Positions 17,493-26,376 of a stretch of DNA of 54,788 nucleotides are shown piece by piece (position 1 is the stretch's first letter; each line of letters opens with the position of its first letter). Position numbers and translations under genes: made by a program. Source of the DNA: a virus; IMG/VR virus record IMGVR_UViG_3300045988_124937, positions 1 through 54,788 of that record; one strand, written 5' to 3'. The notes below the pieces were generated by a model that saw only the letters and a list, made by a program, of their open reading frames with translations, made no database searches and was not told the DNA's origin.

Positions 17493-19913
17493 TTAATCAG
17501 CGTAGGTGACACGGAAGACGGTCTGCGAGCCGTAGCAACCGACTCGCTGCCTTCCTTCCTCCTGGACCAGCACACCCTTACGGGTAAGGCTGACCAAGGC
17601 AGCTGTGATGCGGTTCTGGTCACGCAAGGACATATCGGGTAGACCCTTGCGCATGATTTCCACCCACACAGCGGCAGGTGTGATGAACGAGCGGGGAGCC
17701 GTAGGCGCAGACTTATCCTCCGTGCCCATGCTCTTATCCTGGAGCCATTGGTTACGCTCGGGCATGGACATACGCTCCCACGCCAGAGGCACAGGGGACT
17801 CCAGCGCCTCGGTGATGGTAGCCACGAGGTTGTCCTCCATCGTGTGAGACTTCCGAGCCTGCTCTGCCAGCGCTTCCTCTGCAGGAGAGAGCACGGGGCG
17901 CTCGCCGTCCTGGTACAACGCCACCGCTTCTGCCCACACCTGGTCCACATACTCGGGGGTGTACTTATCGAAGTCCATCTGCTCCAGAACATCGACAATG
18001 AGGAAGCGGCGGTTACCGTCACGCTCACGTAGCATCATCGGATCATTGGTGGTGCCCCAGACGACCCACCGGCGCGGTACTTCCGTAGCCGAACGGTCAT
18101 ACGGCAAGCGGTACACGTCCCTCTGCCTGGTCAAGAAGTCCTTGAGCTCATTGAAGTCGGCGTTGTTCAGGGCGTGGCCCTCATCCGACACCATAATCCA
18201 CGAGCGCGAAGCCGAGATGAGCGTGTCCTTGTTCTGGATGTCGCCCAGGCTGGCGGTGTACCCACGAGCCATGCGTTCAATCCAGGTGGTTTTACCGACA
18301 CCCTGCCCGCCGAAGAGGATAAGGGACTGGTCTACCTTGCATCCGGGCTTGAACGCACGAGCTACTGCGCCAAGCAGGGCACGCTTAGCGACCATGCGGT
18401 TGTACGGGGTGTCCTCAGCACCGGGTAGGCACGTCTCCAAGCGGGGTATGCCGTCCCACGTAAGGCTCTGCAGGTACTTTTTCACCGGGTCGATGCGCCG
18501 CTCACGGCGCACGCGCCCGAGAAGGTCATCCACTCGCTGTCGGGTGACTCGCCGGATCTGGTACTGCCGCTCGATATGGTCTTTCAGACCGCTCACGTCC
18601 GCATTATTCACCTGCGGCGGGCTTCCGTCCCTCAAGTCGTAGTCTTCACCCATGATTGCCTCGTAATCACCGCGCACATTCCACCAGAGGGACTTGAAGA
18701 TGGGGTCGTTCATGAAGATGAGGTCGTAATTCTCGATGCGGTCTTCGACCTGCAGGGTCTTCTCGTGCCGGATGAGTTGGCTTGTCCAGTCGAGGCTACC
18801 AGAGCCCGGTTCCTCGTCTTCCTCGGACTCATGAGCGGGCTCAGGCTCCTGCGTGAGGGTCGAGACAGCCTCCGAAGTGGTCAGCGGGATACTGGCAGCG
18901 TCGGGGCGCGCCATATTGCCGTAGGCGGCATCTGCCCGGCGCTGTCGGAAGCCCTCGTGCGTGGCCAAGAAGTTCTTCATCGCCAGAGAGGACGGAGAGT
19001 GGATGACTGCGCCCTCGTACCCTGCATCGAGGGCTCCGAACTTGTGGATTCGCACTAAATCGAAGGCGTTCTGTGCTCGACCGCTCGCCGGGTCGCTGCC
19101 GTGGTTGGAAAAATACAGCAGGGGGGCATCGGGCAGTGGGCTCATGCCGGGAGCGGAGCTTTTGTCGGCGTGGATGTACCGGAAGCGGCTTCCTACGCGC
19201 TCGTAGGGGAGCTTGAAGACCTCAATCAGCTCATCGAGGTCTTGGTAGTGCTTGCAGAACTCCCCCGCTATGCCCTTGAGTGTCAGCGGGTCCTTCTTTC
19301 GCACTCGACCGAGGGAGACAACACCTTCAGGGGAGTCCGGGGCGCTCTGGAACAGCGCACCAGAGGCCAGAGGGCGGTTCAGCTCGCTCCCGTACTCGTA
19401 TAGGCTCTCATCCTTCGCCGCCGGAGTGAACATGATCTGGCTGGGGGTGGCGCTCGCCGCGTCAATCGCCGCTTGAGGCACAGCGCGCATGATTTCACGC
19501 ACGATGCGCGTGTACACGTCGGGGGTGACCATCCCATCGAGCGGGATGAGCACGCGGTACGAGGGCTTTTGCGGAGAGTGCGAGAAGGTCGTGTGCCACA
19601 GCACCGCCACGTCATCCAGGTAGCTCAGAAGCTCCGTGAAGCCCTCTGCGGAGGCTCCGTCCAGATCGAGGGTGATGACGCTACGACCAATCACGTTGTC
19701 GCCGCTACGGTGGTGCCCGCGCAGCTCGCCGGGCAGGTACGAGCGAGCGTTCTTCTGCGTTCCGGGTGAGCGGAGCATGTCGAGGAAGTCATCGAGGCTG
19801 TACTGCAGGGCGGTGGTGTTCGCGCTGGTGCCCTGCGCGAACTCTACGGGGAACCGCTTCTCTGAGCGGATGTCGGCGGCCACCGTAGTTGTTGATGGGG
19901 ATAGTACGGACAT
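17493..19913 (-). CDS. DNA primase-polymerase / VirE-type P-loop helicase fusion
   Basis: N-terminal prim-pol-like VITLDLDG ... WHTTFSHSP..YRVLIPLD. Walker A LILFGGQGVGKTTW, Walker B-like IMVSDEGH. RBS aggagagattgtaccATG. Confidence 0.8.
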   Translation of the reverse strand: MSVLSPSTTTVAADIRSEKRFPVEFAQGTSANTTALQYSLDDFLDMLRSPGTQKNARSYLPGELRGHHRSGDNVIGRSVITLDLDGASAEGFTELLSYLDDVAVLWHTTFSHSPQKPSYRVLIPLDGMVTPDVYTRIVREIMRAVPQAAIDAASATPSQIMFTPAAKDESLYEYGSELNRPLASGALFQSAPDSPEGVVSLGRVRKKDPLTLKGIAGEFCKHYQDLDELIEVFKLPYERVGSRFRYIHADKSSAPGMSPLPDAPLLYFSNHGSDPASGRAQNAFDLVRIHKFGALDAGYEGAVIHSPSSLAMKNFLATHEGFRQRRADAAYGNMARPDAASIPLTTSEAVSTLTQEPEPAHESEEDEEPGSGSLDWTSQLIRHEKTLQVEDRIENYDLIFMNDPIFKSLWWNVRGDYEAIMGEDYDLRDGSPPQVNNADVSGLKDHIERQYQIRRVTRQRVDDLLGRVRRERRIDPVKKYLQSLTWDGIPRLETCLPGAEDTPYNRMVAKRALLGAVARAFKPGCKVDQSLILFGGQGVGKTTWIERMARGYTASLGDIQNKDTLISASRSWIMVSDEGHALNNADFNELKDFLTRQRDVYRLPYDRSATEVPRRWVVWGTTNDPMMLRERDGNRRFLIVDVLEQMDFDKYTPEYVDQVWAEAVALYQDGERPVLSPAEEALAEQARKSHTMEDNLVATITEALESPVPLAWERMSMPERNQWLQDKSMGTEDKSAPTAPRSFITPAAVWVEIMRKGLPDMSLRDQNRITAALVSLTRKGVLVQEEGRQRVGCYGSQTVFRVTYAD

Positions 19914-19973
19914 GGTACAATCTCTCCTAACGTGGATCTATTTTGTCGAGAGTCACTGATGTGGTTGGGTGTT

Positions 19974-20004
19974 ACCCCCGGAGTTCTTAGCTCCGGGGGT
20001 TTTT
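19974..20004 (+). terminator. Canonical intrinsic terminator oriented on the plus strand (antisense to the surrounding operon)
   Basis: ACCCCCGGAG ttcttag CTCCGGGGGT tttt. The U-tract is on the plus strand only. Confidence 0.55.
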
Positions 20005-20019
20005 CGTTGCGTGCCCATT

Positions 20020-21405
20020 CTACACACCCGGACCGTCGTCTTCCTTCTTGAGGTAGTCCAAAAGAGCCTGCTGTGCGTCCACCTTGTGCGTCAATCGCGC
20101 GTAAACGTGCTCGTCAATCGAGTTCGGAACCTCCAGGATGTGAATAGTCACAGGGTGCTCCTGCCCGCTACGGTGAAGGCGCTTATTGGACTGCAACCAC
20201 GCCTCACTGCTCCACGGCAGAGACAGCCAGACGGCGATGTGGCCGCCCTTCTGCAGGTTCAGACCGTGACCGATGGACTCGGGGTGCGCGGCAAGGATGG
20301 GAATCTCGCCATTGTTCCAGCGGTCTACGAAATCCTTGTCCTTGACGGTGCTCACCAGCGGGCCGAGCTTCGGGTGCGCCTTGAGCATCTGCAATTCGGC
20401 GGCGAAGCGGTAGAAGACCAGCACCGGGGAGCCATTGGCGGCTTCCACCAGGTCCTCCAGCTTGTCGAGCTTGGCGCGGTGAAGCACCGTGAACGGGCGC
20501 TCAGCGCTCGCTGGAGCGTCGATGCCGGCTTCATGGTACAAGAAGCCACTGGTGATCTGTGAGAGCTTGCTAGAGGCGACTGCGGCGTTCTGGGCGGAGA
20601 TTTCCTCGCCCTCCGAGGCCAACCAGACGCTCATTTCATCTCGCATCCGCTTGTACGCCTTCACCGCGGTCGCCGTCATGCGCACCGGGTGAGTCACGTA
20701 GGTGACCTCGGGCAGCTCGACGCGACCCTCGGTGCCCATCGACAGGGCGAGGTGGGAGATTGCATCGTAAATCTTCTTGTCGGCTCCCGGCTTCGGCACC
20801 CAGTCAGTGAAGCTGCCGAAGCGCTGGGTCGGGTGGAAGTACCGCTGACGGAAGGTGGTGAGCGTGCGGCCCAGCGCCAACCCACCATCCAGCAACTTGA
20901 TCTGGGCGTACAAATCCATAAGCCCCTTAGGGGTGGGCGTACCAGTCAGACCCCACACGTGGTCTACGAAGGGCGTGATGATTGATGCGCCCTTGAAACG
21001 CCGTGTCGCTTGGTTTTTGTAGCCGGAGAGCTCATCAATAATGAGGGTCTTGAAGTAACCGGAGGCAGCCTTCTGCGCGGCCTCCGCCAGGTTCTCGCGG
21101 GAGATGATGGTCAGGTCTGCATCCACAGCGAGGGCAGCGGCTCGCTTCTGCGGGGTGCCCTTCACAACGGTGATGGACAGGTGCGGTGCCCACTTGTCGC
21201 GCTCCGCTGCCCAGGAGAACTCGGCTACACGCTTGGGAGCGACGATGAGGGCGGGCAGGTGTGCCTTCGTGAGTGCCTGCAGGCAGATGAAGGTCTTACC
21301 GAGGCCCATATCAAGGATGAGAGCCTTGCCCTTACCGGGGCGGTGGAGGTGGTCAATCGCCTCCACCTGGTAGGGGCGAGCGAACAGGATAGGGTCGGTG
21401 GTCAC
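20020..21405 (-). CDS. SNF2-family DNA helicase
   Basis: Motif I LDMGLGKT, motif II IIDELSGYKN, motif VI KRLHRSGQ. GTG start 7 nt after GAAAGGA. Confidence 0.9.
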   Translation of the reverse strand: MTTDPILFARPYQVEAIDHLHRPGKGKALILDMGLGKTFICLQALTKAHLPALIVAPKRVAEFSWAAERDKWAPHLSITVVKGTPQKRAAALAVDADLTIISRENLAEAAQKAASGYFKTLIIDELSGYKNQATRRFKGASIITPFVDHVWGLTGTPTPKGLMDLYAQIKLLDGGLALGRTLTTFRQRYFHPTQRFGSFTDWVPKPGADKKIYDAISHLALSMGTEGRVELPEVTYVTHPVRMTATAVKAYKRMRDEMSVWLASEGEEISAQNAAVASSKLSQITSGFLYHEAGIDAPASAERPFTVLHRAKLDKLEDLVEAANGSPVLVFYRFAAELQMLKAHPKLGPLVSTVKDKDFVDRWNNGEIPILAAHPESIGHGLNLQKGGHIAVWLSLPWSSEAWLQSNKRLHRSGQEHPVTIHILEVPNSIDEHVYARLTHKVDAQQALLDYLKKEDDGPGV

Positions 21406-21421
21406 GATGCGGTCCTTTCGT

Positions 21422-21718
21422 CTAACGCTCGCTGTCGCGGTCTGCGAGCCATTGCGCTACGCCTTCGTGCCCGTAGAGCACCGCGACGTTCGCGCCGATG
21501 ATGTCGAGTTTGTTGATGATGTGTTTCTGCCGGGCAGAGAGCCGCCCGCCTCGCGCTCGCTTGAGTTCGAGGAACCAGACAGCCCCGCCGGGGAGGATAA
21601 CGATCCGGTCGGGTACCCCCGTCTCCGAGGAGAGGAACTTGTAGCTCAGCCAACGACGCTTAGCGCACTGCTTCACGAGGTACTTCTCGACGTCCTTTTC
21701 GAGGGGGGTGTTGGTCAT
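21422..21718 (-). CDS. VRR-NUC domain nuclease
   Basis: GVPDRIVILPGGAVWFLELKRARGGRLSARQK (D...ExK). Start set at ATG 21718, 8 nt after AAGGAG; the longer ORF to 21784 runs into the inverted repeat. Confidence 0.8.
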   Translation of the reverse strand: MTNTPLEKDVEKYLVKQCAKRRWLSYKFLSSETGVPDRIVILPGGAVWFLELKRARGGRLSARQKHIINKLDIIGANVAVLYGHEGVAQWLADRDSER

Positions 21719-21770
21719 GCTCTGGCGCTCCTTTTTCGGCGGTTCCCGAGAAAAGTATATAAACTTTTTT

Positions 21771-21821
21771 AGTTTTAGCGTCATTTAGCGCCAAACCCCT
21801 AGTCAGAGCGTTTTGACCCTA
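21771..21821. repeat. Left arm of 51-bp inverted repeat (1 mismatch) bounding the iteron element
   Basis: agttttagcgtcatttagcgccaaacccctagtcagAgcgttttgacccta equals the reverse complement of 22046..22096. Confidence 0.9.
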
Positions 21822-22092
21822 GATTTTTTTAGCGTCATTTTAGCGTCACTTTAGTGTCACTGACGCTAAAATCTGGATTTGTGGAGAGGTAGCTCACGTG
21901 GCTTTCCTACCTGTTGTGAGCGGGGTCACTAGGTGTAGTGTCGGCGGTCACAGAGGCTCTGTTTTCTGTGTGGGCTACTTCACCTTTGACTCTAAATTTA
22001 GCGTCATTGACCCTAAAATGACCCTAAAGTGACGCTAAAATTTTTTAGGGTCAAAACGCACTGACTAGGGGTTTGGCGCTAAATGACGCTAA
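21775..22092. promoter_or_regulatory. Iteron array: about 15 copies of TTAGSGYCA in both orientations, several phased 10-11 bp apart (putative origin or operator array)
   Basis: Plus-orientation copies start at 21775, 21785, 21829, 21840, 21851, 21998, 22045. Reverse copies start at 21814, 21861, 21987, 22008, 22019, 22030, 22074, 22084. AT-rich in a GC-rich genome. Confidence 0.7.
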
Positions 22093-22096
22093 AACT
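22046..22096. repeat. Right arm of the 51-bp inverted repeat
   Basis: tagggtcaaaacgcActgactaggggtttggcgctaaatgacgctaaaact. A further inverted TATATAAACTTT lies outside both arms (21754-21767 / 22108-22120). Confidence 0.9.
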
Positions 22097-22129
22097 CGCG
22101 CGTACGGAAAGTTTATATAGAAGTTAGCC

Positions 22130-22193
22130 GGAGAGCCCCAGTTCGAGGGTACAGAAAAGCCACCCTCGAACTCCTGTTCATGGGTGGCTCTCC
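22130..22193 (-). other. Nested hairpin just downstream of the HNH stop (outer GGAGAGCC/GGCTCTCC; inner GTTCGAGGGT/ACCCTCGAAC)
   Basis: Inverted repeats read directly. There is no U-tract, so a terminator function is uncertain. Confidence 0.4.
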
Positions 22194-22202
22194 CGTTATT
22201 AC

Positions 22203-22646
22203 CTAACTGCTTTCGGTACCCCTACCTATAGCACTTCCTAGTTTACCGGAAGCCTTGTATTTACTCCAGTCGATGCGGGCGCCCAACGGCGCGTCCTTGC
22301 GGAGGATTTCTCGCCCGCCCAGACCTCGGACCGTCTGCCCCGACATTCGCCTAAGCCTCTGCAGGCTCTCGCGGTTCTTCCGGGCCGTCTCAGCGCTGGT
22401 CTTGCGCCGGTGGTGGTACCCACACAGGGCAACGAGGTTGCTCGGGTCGTTACTCGGCCCGTCAATGTGGTCTACGTCCGTCGCCTTGGCGGTACAGCGT
22501 TGGTTGGTCACGGCGTTGATTGCCCTGCATTGGAAACCGTCTCTCTTGAGCACATCGAGCCGAATCTTCCGCCACTGCGGGGACTGCTTGTAGGTGAGCC
22601 CGCTCTTCGCACCCCACCCGGTACGTTTCTTACTACGCTTCGGCAC
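22203..22646 (-). CDS. HNH endonuclease
   Basis: CRAINAVTNQRCTAKATDVDHIDGPSNDPSNLVALCGYHHRRKT (Cys pair, DH, N, CxxHH). Confidence 0.85.
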   Translation of the reverse strand: MPKRSKKRTGWGAKSGLTYKQSPQWRKIRLDVLKRDGFQCRAINAVTNQRCTAKATDVDHIDGPSNDPSNLVALCGYHHRRKTSAETARKNRESLQRLRRMSGQTVRGLGGREILRKDAPLGARIDWSKYKASGKLGSAIGRGTESS

Positions 22647-23073
22647 GGGATGCCCCCTGTGCGGCCTTCAACGCCACCTCAGCGGCTTCTTCACGGGTTA
22701 GACCACCTGCTGAGTACTCCACGGACTTCGCGGCGCTCAGGAAGCCGTCAGCGCCTCCGGTGATGGTGCAGACGATAAGACCGGAGCTGTCGCCAGTGGC
22801 GTAGTCGTCGACGCGGGATACGTCCGGTACGTTAGAGCCTTCGCCTCGCATCTTCTGCGACATTGTTAGCCCCGCCCACGCCAGGATGTCCTCTTCCCGC
22901 CATAGTCGTCCCTCCCCAAGGTCCTTGCCCCGGTTGTAGGTCACTGCCGGTGCCGGGAAGTTCTTGCTGTTGAGAGCGTGATAGATATTCGCGCGGGTGT
23001 AGCCTGTGGCGGTGGCAATAGCCTGGATGTCGTAGAGCTTTCCGTGCTTACCGAGGTTCGGGGAGTTAGTCAT
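22633..23073 (-). CDS. Helix-turn-helix DNA-binding protein (MerR/excisionase-like HTH)
   Basis: LYDIQAIATATGYTRANIYHALNSKNFPAP ... LWREEDILAW, typical of HTH_17-type domains. Confidence 0.55.
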   Translation of the reverse strand: MTNSPNLGKHGKLYDIQAIATATGYTRANIYHALNSKNFPAPAVTYNRGKDLGEGRLWREEDILAWAGLTMSQKMRGEGSNVPDVSRVDDYATGDSSGLIVCTITGGADGFLSAAKSVEYSAGGLTREEAAEVALKAAQGASRAEA

Positions 23074-23668
23074 TAGTTCCTTCCGTATCTTCCACCGTCA
23101 GAGTCGCCGTGTACAGGTCATTCACGCCTTCCACGGGCTCCGGGGCGGAGAGCTTGAGCTTGCTAAGTGCGTTGGTGAACGCCTTGTTGCGGACGACGGA
23201 GCGGGAGCCCCATTCCAGGTCGTCGGGGAGTTTGATGCCTGCCGCCTGGAGCAGTCGTAGCTCCTTTCGTCCTCGCGCGGCTTCGTCCTCGTCGGGGAAG
23301 TATCGGGAGGCCTTCGCCCAGGCGTAGACATTGACGATGCTGGTCAGCAGCGCACGGCTGAACGTGGTGGCGAAGCTGTTGAGGATGATGTCGTTGGCGA
23401 CGGGTCGGATAGCGTTAGCGAATCCGATGTAGTCTGGCTTCTCCGCCTGTGGGGAGTATAGGGTGGGCAGTCCGTAGTCAGCCGGGTCTGCGCCGTAGGT
23501 CGTCGGCTCGTTGCCCTGCCATGAGGGGGTGTACAAGCCGGGCAGGGCAGTGAACGCGAGTTGATACGCGCTCGGGTCGGTGGGCTCTTTGGTGAGCATG
23601 GTCAGTCCGGGGCGCTCGGCTCCGAACGAAATCAGATTAGCTTTGATCCATACGGGGATCTCAGTCAT
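23066..23668 (-). CDS. Hypothetical protein
   Basis: 200-aa ORF with overlapping stop/start junctions on both sides. Confidence 0.75.
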   Translation of the reverse strand: MTEIPVWIKANLISFGAERPGLTMLTKEPTDPSAYQLAFTALPGLYTPSWQGNEPTTYGADPADYGLPTLYSPQAEKPDYIGFANAIRPVANDIILNSFATTFSRALLTSIVNVYAWAKASRYFPDEDEAARGRKELRLLQAAGIKLPDDLEWGSRSVVRNKAFTNALSKLKLSAPEPVEGVNDLYTATLTVEDTEGTND

Positions 23669-23919
23669 TCGTCAATCCTTTCTAGGTCGTCTTCATCGTC
23701 CCCATCCCACTCCTCGGTCAGCAGGTCTTCCAGTGCGTTGAGGGAGTCTAGGAACTCGGAGGCGGTGAGGGTGAAGGGTGCGGCAGCTTCGGCTACCGCC
23801 TTGTCAGGGTGGGAGTTGAGGAAGGCGAGGTGCCCGAGCATAATCTCCCGGTACGAGTGAATCTTGTCCAGCTCGTCATAGACGGCGGCGGGGTTTACGG
23901 TGATGCGGCGGTCAGTCAT
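23665..23919 (-). CDS. Hypothetical acidic protein (84 aa)
   Basis: Start at gaaaggaggcggggtttATG. C-terminus is EEWDGDDEDDLERIDE. Confidence 0.7.
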   Translation of the reverse strand: MTDRRITVNPAAVYDELDKIHSYREIMLGHLAFLNSHPDKAVAEAAAPFTLTASEFLDSLNALEDLLTEEWDGDDEDDLERIDE

Positions 23920-23950
23920 AAACCCCGCCTCCTTTCTTTCTTTCTTTGGG

Positions 23951-24622
23951 TTACTTCTTGATGAGCTCTGCGAGCAAGGCGCCCAACGGGGAGCCAGCGC
24001 TCTTGGGGAGTACCATACGGACAACGAGTCGGTAATCGCTCCGCGGAAGCATCGTGCTCAGGTCTTTACCGAGCAGCGCCTTGTAACTGGAGCATCGGAA
24101 CGATAGCTCATCGCCGTCGGGGTTGGCGTACCAGCGGTCACGGAAGTGGAAACGCTTGGTTGTGACCAACTTCGTCTCGGTATCGCCACGCTTGGGGACG
24201 TACACCCCCTGAACCGCCTTCTCTTCCGTCACCTTGGCGATGGTCAGTACACGGTAGGAACGTTTATCCTCTGCGACAAAGGGCACCGCCTCGGGCAGGA
24301 TTTTGACCTCCTCGGCAAGCTTGAGCGCCATGCGTCGAACGGTCATGTCCTTCCACCCGGCGAGAACGGGTCCAAAGAGTCCGGTCGGCTGGTCCTTGAT
24401 GCGCACCATGCAGTCCAGCGGCCTGGGCTTGACCGGCGTGGGCTTCCACGCGACCCGGCTGAATAGCAATTCGTAGCGGGCGTTGCCGCCACCGTCACTG
24501 ACCACGCGGACGTTTCGTAGCGTCATTCCGTCACTTGAGAAGGTGTTTTCGAGGTTCCCGTCATGGATCTTCATCACGACGTTATACGGCACCCCGAGGG
24601 GAAGGCAAACATTTTCGGGCAT
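23951..24622 (-). CDS. Hypothetical protein (223 aa)
   Basis: Start chosen at taaggaggatacgaagATG (MPENVCLPLG). The longer ORF to 24730 lacks an RBS. Confidence 0.7.
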   Translation of the reverse strand: MPENVCLPLGVPYNVVMKIHDGNLENTFSSDGMTLRNVRVVSDGGGNARYELLFSRVAWKPTPVKPRPLDCMVRIKDQPTGLFGPVLAGWKDMTVRRMALKLAEEVKILPEAVPFVAEDKRSYRVLTIAKVTEEKAVQGVYVPKRGDTETKLVTTKRFHFRDRWYANPDGDELSFRCSSYKALLGKDLSTMLPRSDYRLVVRMVLPKSAGSPLGALLAELIKK

Positions 24623-24638
24623 CTTCGTATCCTCCTTA

Positions 24639-24776
24639 CTAGCTCGAAATCCAGGCGAGGAACGCGAGCCCGAAGAGAAAGTCATCGCTTTCTTCCTCTC
24701 GCTTCTTCTGCTCATACTCGTACACTTCACCGGCCAGACGCTTCACGTCGTGGTAGCTCATCGGTTCGGGTGTCAT
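24639..24776 (-). CDS. Small hypothetical protein (45 aa; below the ORF-track cutoff)
   Basis: My translation: MTPEPMSYHDVKRLAGEVYEYEQKKREEESDDFLFGLAFLAWISS. ATGA overlap with the 24773 stop. Fills an otherwise empty 150-nt gap. Confidence 0.45.
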   Translation of the reverse strand: MTPEPMSYHDVKRLAGEVYEYEQKKREEESDDFLFGLAFLAWISS

Positions 24777-25528
24777 TGGTTCATCTCCTTCTGTAGGTTT
24801 TCTTCAAGTTGTTGCAGGTCGTAGCGGAGCTTGGTGAGGCTCATAGCTACGTTGCCGGGCACGCTCGCATCTTGCAGTGCCTTGACTGCCAGTGTAGCAA
24901 TACGCTCGGAGAGCTCCTTGAGTGCATCGGCAGCTTCTCGCTCCAGCCCCTTCTTGTGCTCCGAGGTCTTCCACAGCACCGGCACGCCCCCCGGCTCGAA
25001 TGACTCTGCGCCACTGGGCGTAGTGTCCCAGGGCGGCAGCTCTCGCACGCTCTCAGGCAGCCCCACGTGCCCCGAGCCGGGGTAGAGGTAGCCTTGCTGT
25101 ACGACGTAGAGCCATCGGCGCAGGTAGCTGAGCACTCGGTTTCGGTCGCGGCCTTGCACGCGGCTCAGTTCGGCAATGACGAACTCCAGGGACACACCCT
25201 GCGCGCGTGTCCCGCCGCCCCGCTTCTCCGCCAGGAGCCCCTTGATGATGGGGGAGGGGAAGGTCACGACGCTTCGTTCGTCCTTGGCGCGTTCGCGAAT
25301 CCATCCGTTGATGACGCCGGCCTTGAAGCCCATGATGCGGTTGAGCTGGGCGACGTGGGCGTAGACGCCGGGGGTGCCGTTGTGGTCGGCGGCGAACCGG
25401 AAGATGAGCGGCATCTTCTCGACTCGCTTCGTGGCCTGGATGAACACTTCGCAGGTGGCGATGTGAAACTCGGGGCGCTCCTCGCTGGTGCGGTGCGAGA
25501 TGATCTTCATGCCCTCGGTCAGAGTCAT
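24773..25528 (-). CDS. Hypothetical protein (251 aa)
   Basis: Compact ORF overlapping the upstream stop. C-terminal coiled coil. Confidence 0.75.
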   Translation of the reverse strand: MTLTEGMKIISHRTSEERPEFHIATCEVFIQATKRVEKMPLIFRFAADHNGTPGVYAHVAQLNRIMGFKAGVINGWIRERAKDERSVVTFPSPIIKGLLAEKRGGGTRAQGVSLEFVIAELSRVQGRDRNRVLSYLRRWLYVVQQGYLYPGSGHVGLPESVRELPPWDTTPSGAESFEPGGVPVLWKTSEHKKGLEREAADALKELSERIATLAVKALQDASVPGNVAMSLTKLRYDLQQLEENLQKEMNQ

Positions 25529-25989
25529 TGCTCTTCGTCCTTGCGAGCGAAGGCTACGAAGAGTCGCCCGGAGCGGGGCGCCTGGTAGACGTCGATGATC
25601 TCGTACCCACCGGGGAGATGCACCCCATCTAGAGTCTCACCGATGAGCGAGTCCGGGTCGGTGGCGCACGCTACAGGAACCTCCCCCGTGAAGCTGCCAC
25701 CACTAGTCCGCAGGAGAAGCTTCCCACCCTTTCCTTGGTTGAAGGCGGCTTCCCTGATGAGCACTTCACCCTCACCGATGACCGAGGCGAATTCGAGGCC
25801 GGAGCACGCTACGGCCTCGGTGTAGCTGTAGATCGGGTACCTAGCACAGTCCGAGGATTCCCTGGGGTGATACAGAAGCTCGGGGTCGATGAGTGCTTCC
25901 ATGCGCTCGCGGGCGACCGGGGTGAGCTGGCCGTAGTTGCTCAGGGAACCGAACGTAACGATGGTGTTGCGGTTGTATTTGGTGGTCAT
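25525..25989 (-). CDS. Hypothetical protein (154 aa)
   Basis: RBS ctagaaaggataactcATG. Confidence 0.75.
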   Translation of the reverse strand: MTTKYNRNTIVTFGSLSNYGQLTPVARERMEALIDPELLYHPRESSDCARYPIYSYTEAVACSGLEFASVIGEGEVLIREAAFNQGKGGKLLLRTSGGSFTGEVPVACATDPDSLIGETLDGVHLPGGYEIIDVYQAPRSGRLFVAFARKDEEQ

Positions 25990-26001
25990 GAGTTATCCTT
26001 T

Positions 26002-26376
26002 CTAGTCTTGGGTACGGTCACTGACGCGCAGGTAGACTTCGGCTAGTTCGAGCCAGCGTCGTCGCTCGGTGGGGTTGTCACACGCCGCCGCTTTAAGGAG
26101 GTAGGAGCAAGCCAGGGCGTGCTTGGTGCTGCCGAACTCCTCTGCGTTCAGCACTACCATTGCGGAGGAGAAGTTGAGCTCTGCTACGTTCTCCGGGTCT
26201 ACCTCGTGCTCGCGCTTGGAGAGCGCGAGGTCAATGAGCTTCTTAGTGGCTTCTGCCTTATCCGAGTCGGACGACTCGGGGCGCCGGTTCCAGACAGCGC
26301 GGAAGGTGTCGCGCCACTCGTCGGGAAGCATCGAGGCCATGTACTCGCGGTTCTCGTCGTTGTACATGTAGGTCAT
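26002..26376 (-). CDS. Hypothetical protein, paralog family Y-D/N-E-N/Q-RE (member 3 of 3)
   Basis: MTYMYNDENREYMASMLPDEWRDTFRAVWNRRPESSD aligns with the N-termini of the 26762 and 27139 genes. Confidence 0.75.
   Translation of the reverse strand: MTYMYNDENREYMASMLPDEWRDTFRAVWNRRPESSDSDKAEATKKLIDLALSKREHEVDPENVAELNFSSAMVVLNAEEFGSTKHALACSYLLKAAACDNPTERRRWLELAEVYLRVSDRTQD

Noticed and set aside
21719-21784. Longer VRR-NUC ORF starting at 21784
   Set aside because: The extension (MTLKLKKFIYFSREPPKKERQS) is encoded by the AT-rich inverted-repeat arm and has no RBS. ATG 21718 has AAGGAG at the proper spacing.
21771-22096. MITE or small IS element (terminal inverted repeats)
   Set aside because: There is no target-site duplication. 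The inverted symmetry continues outside the 51-bp arms (TATATAAACTTT pair). There is no transposase, and the interior is filled with phased 9-mer iterons. An origin or operator array explains more of the structure. Mobility cannot be fully excluded without comparative data.
22633-23073. CI-like repressor / lysogeny module
   Set aside because: Only a generic HTH is visible. I recognised no integrase, excisionase-integrase pair, partition genes or divergent repressor/Cro arrangement, so temperate status is unsupported.
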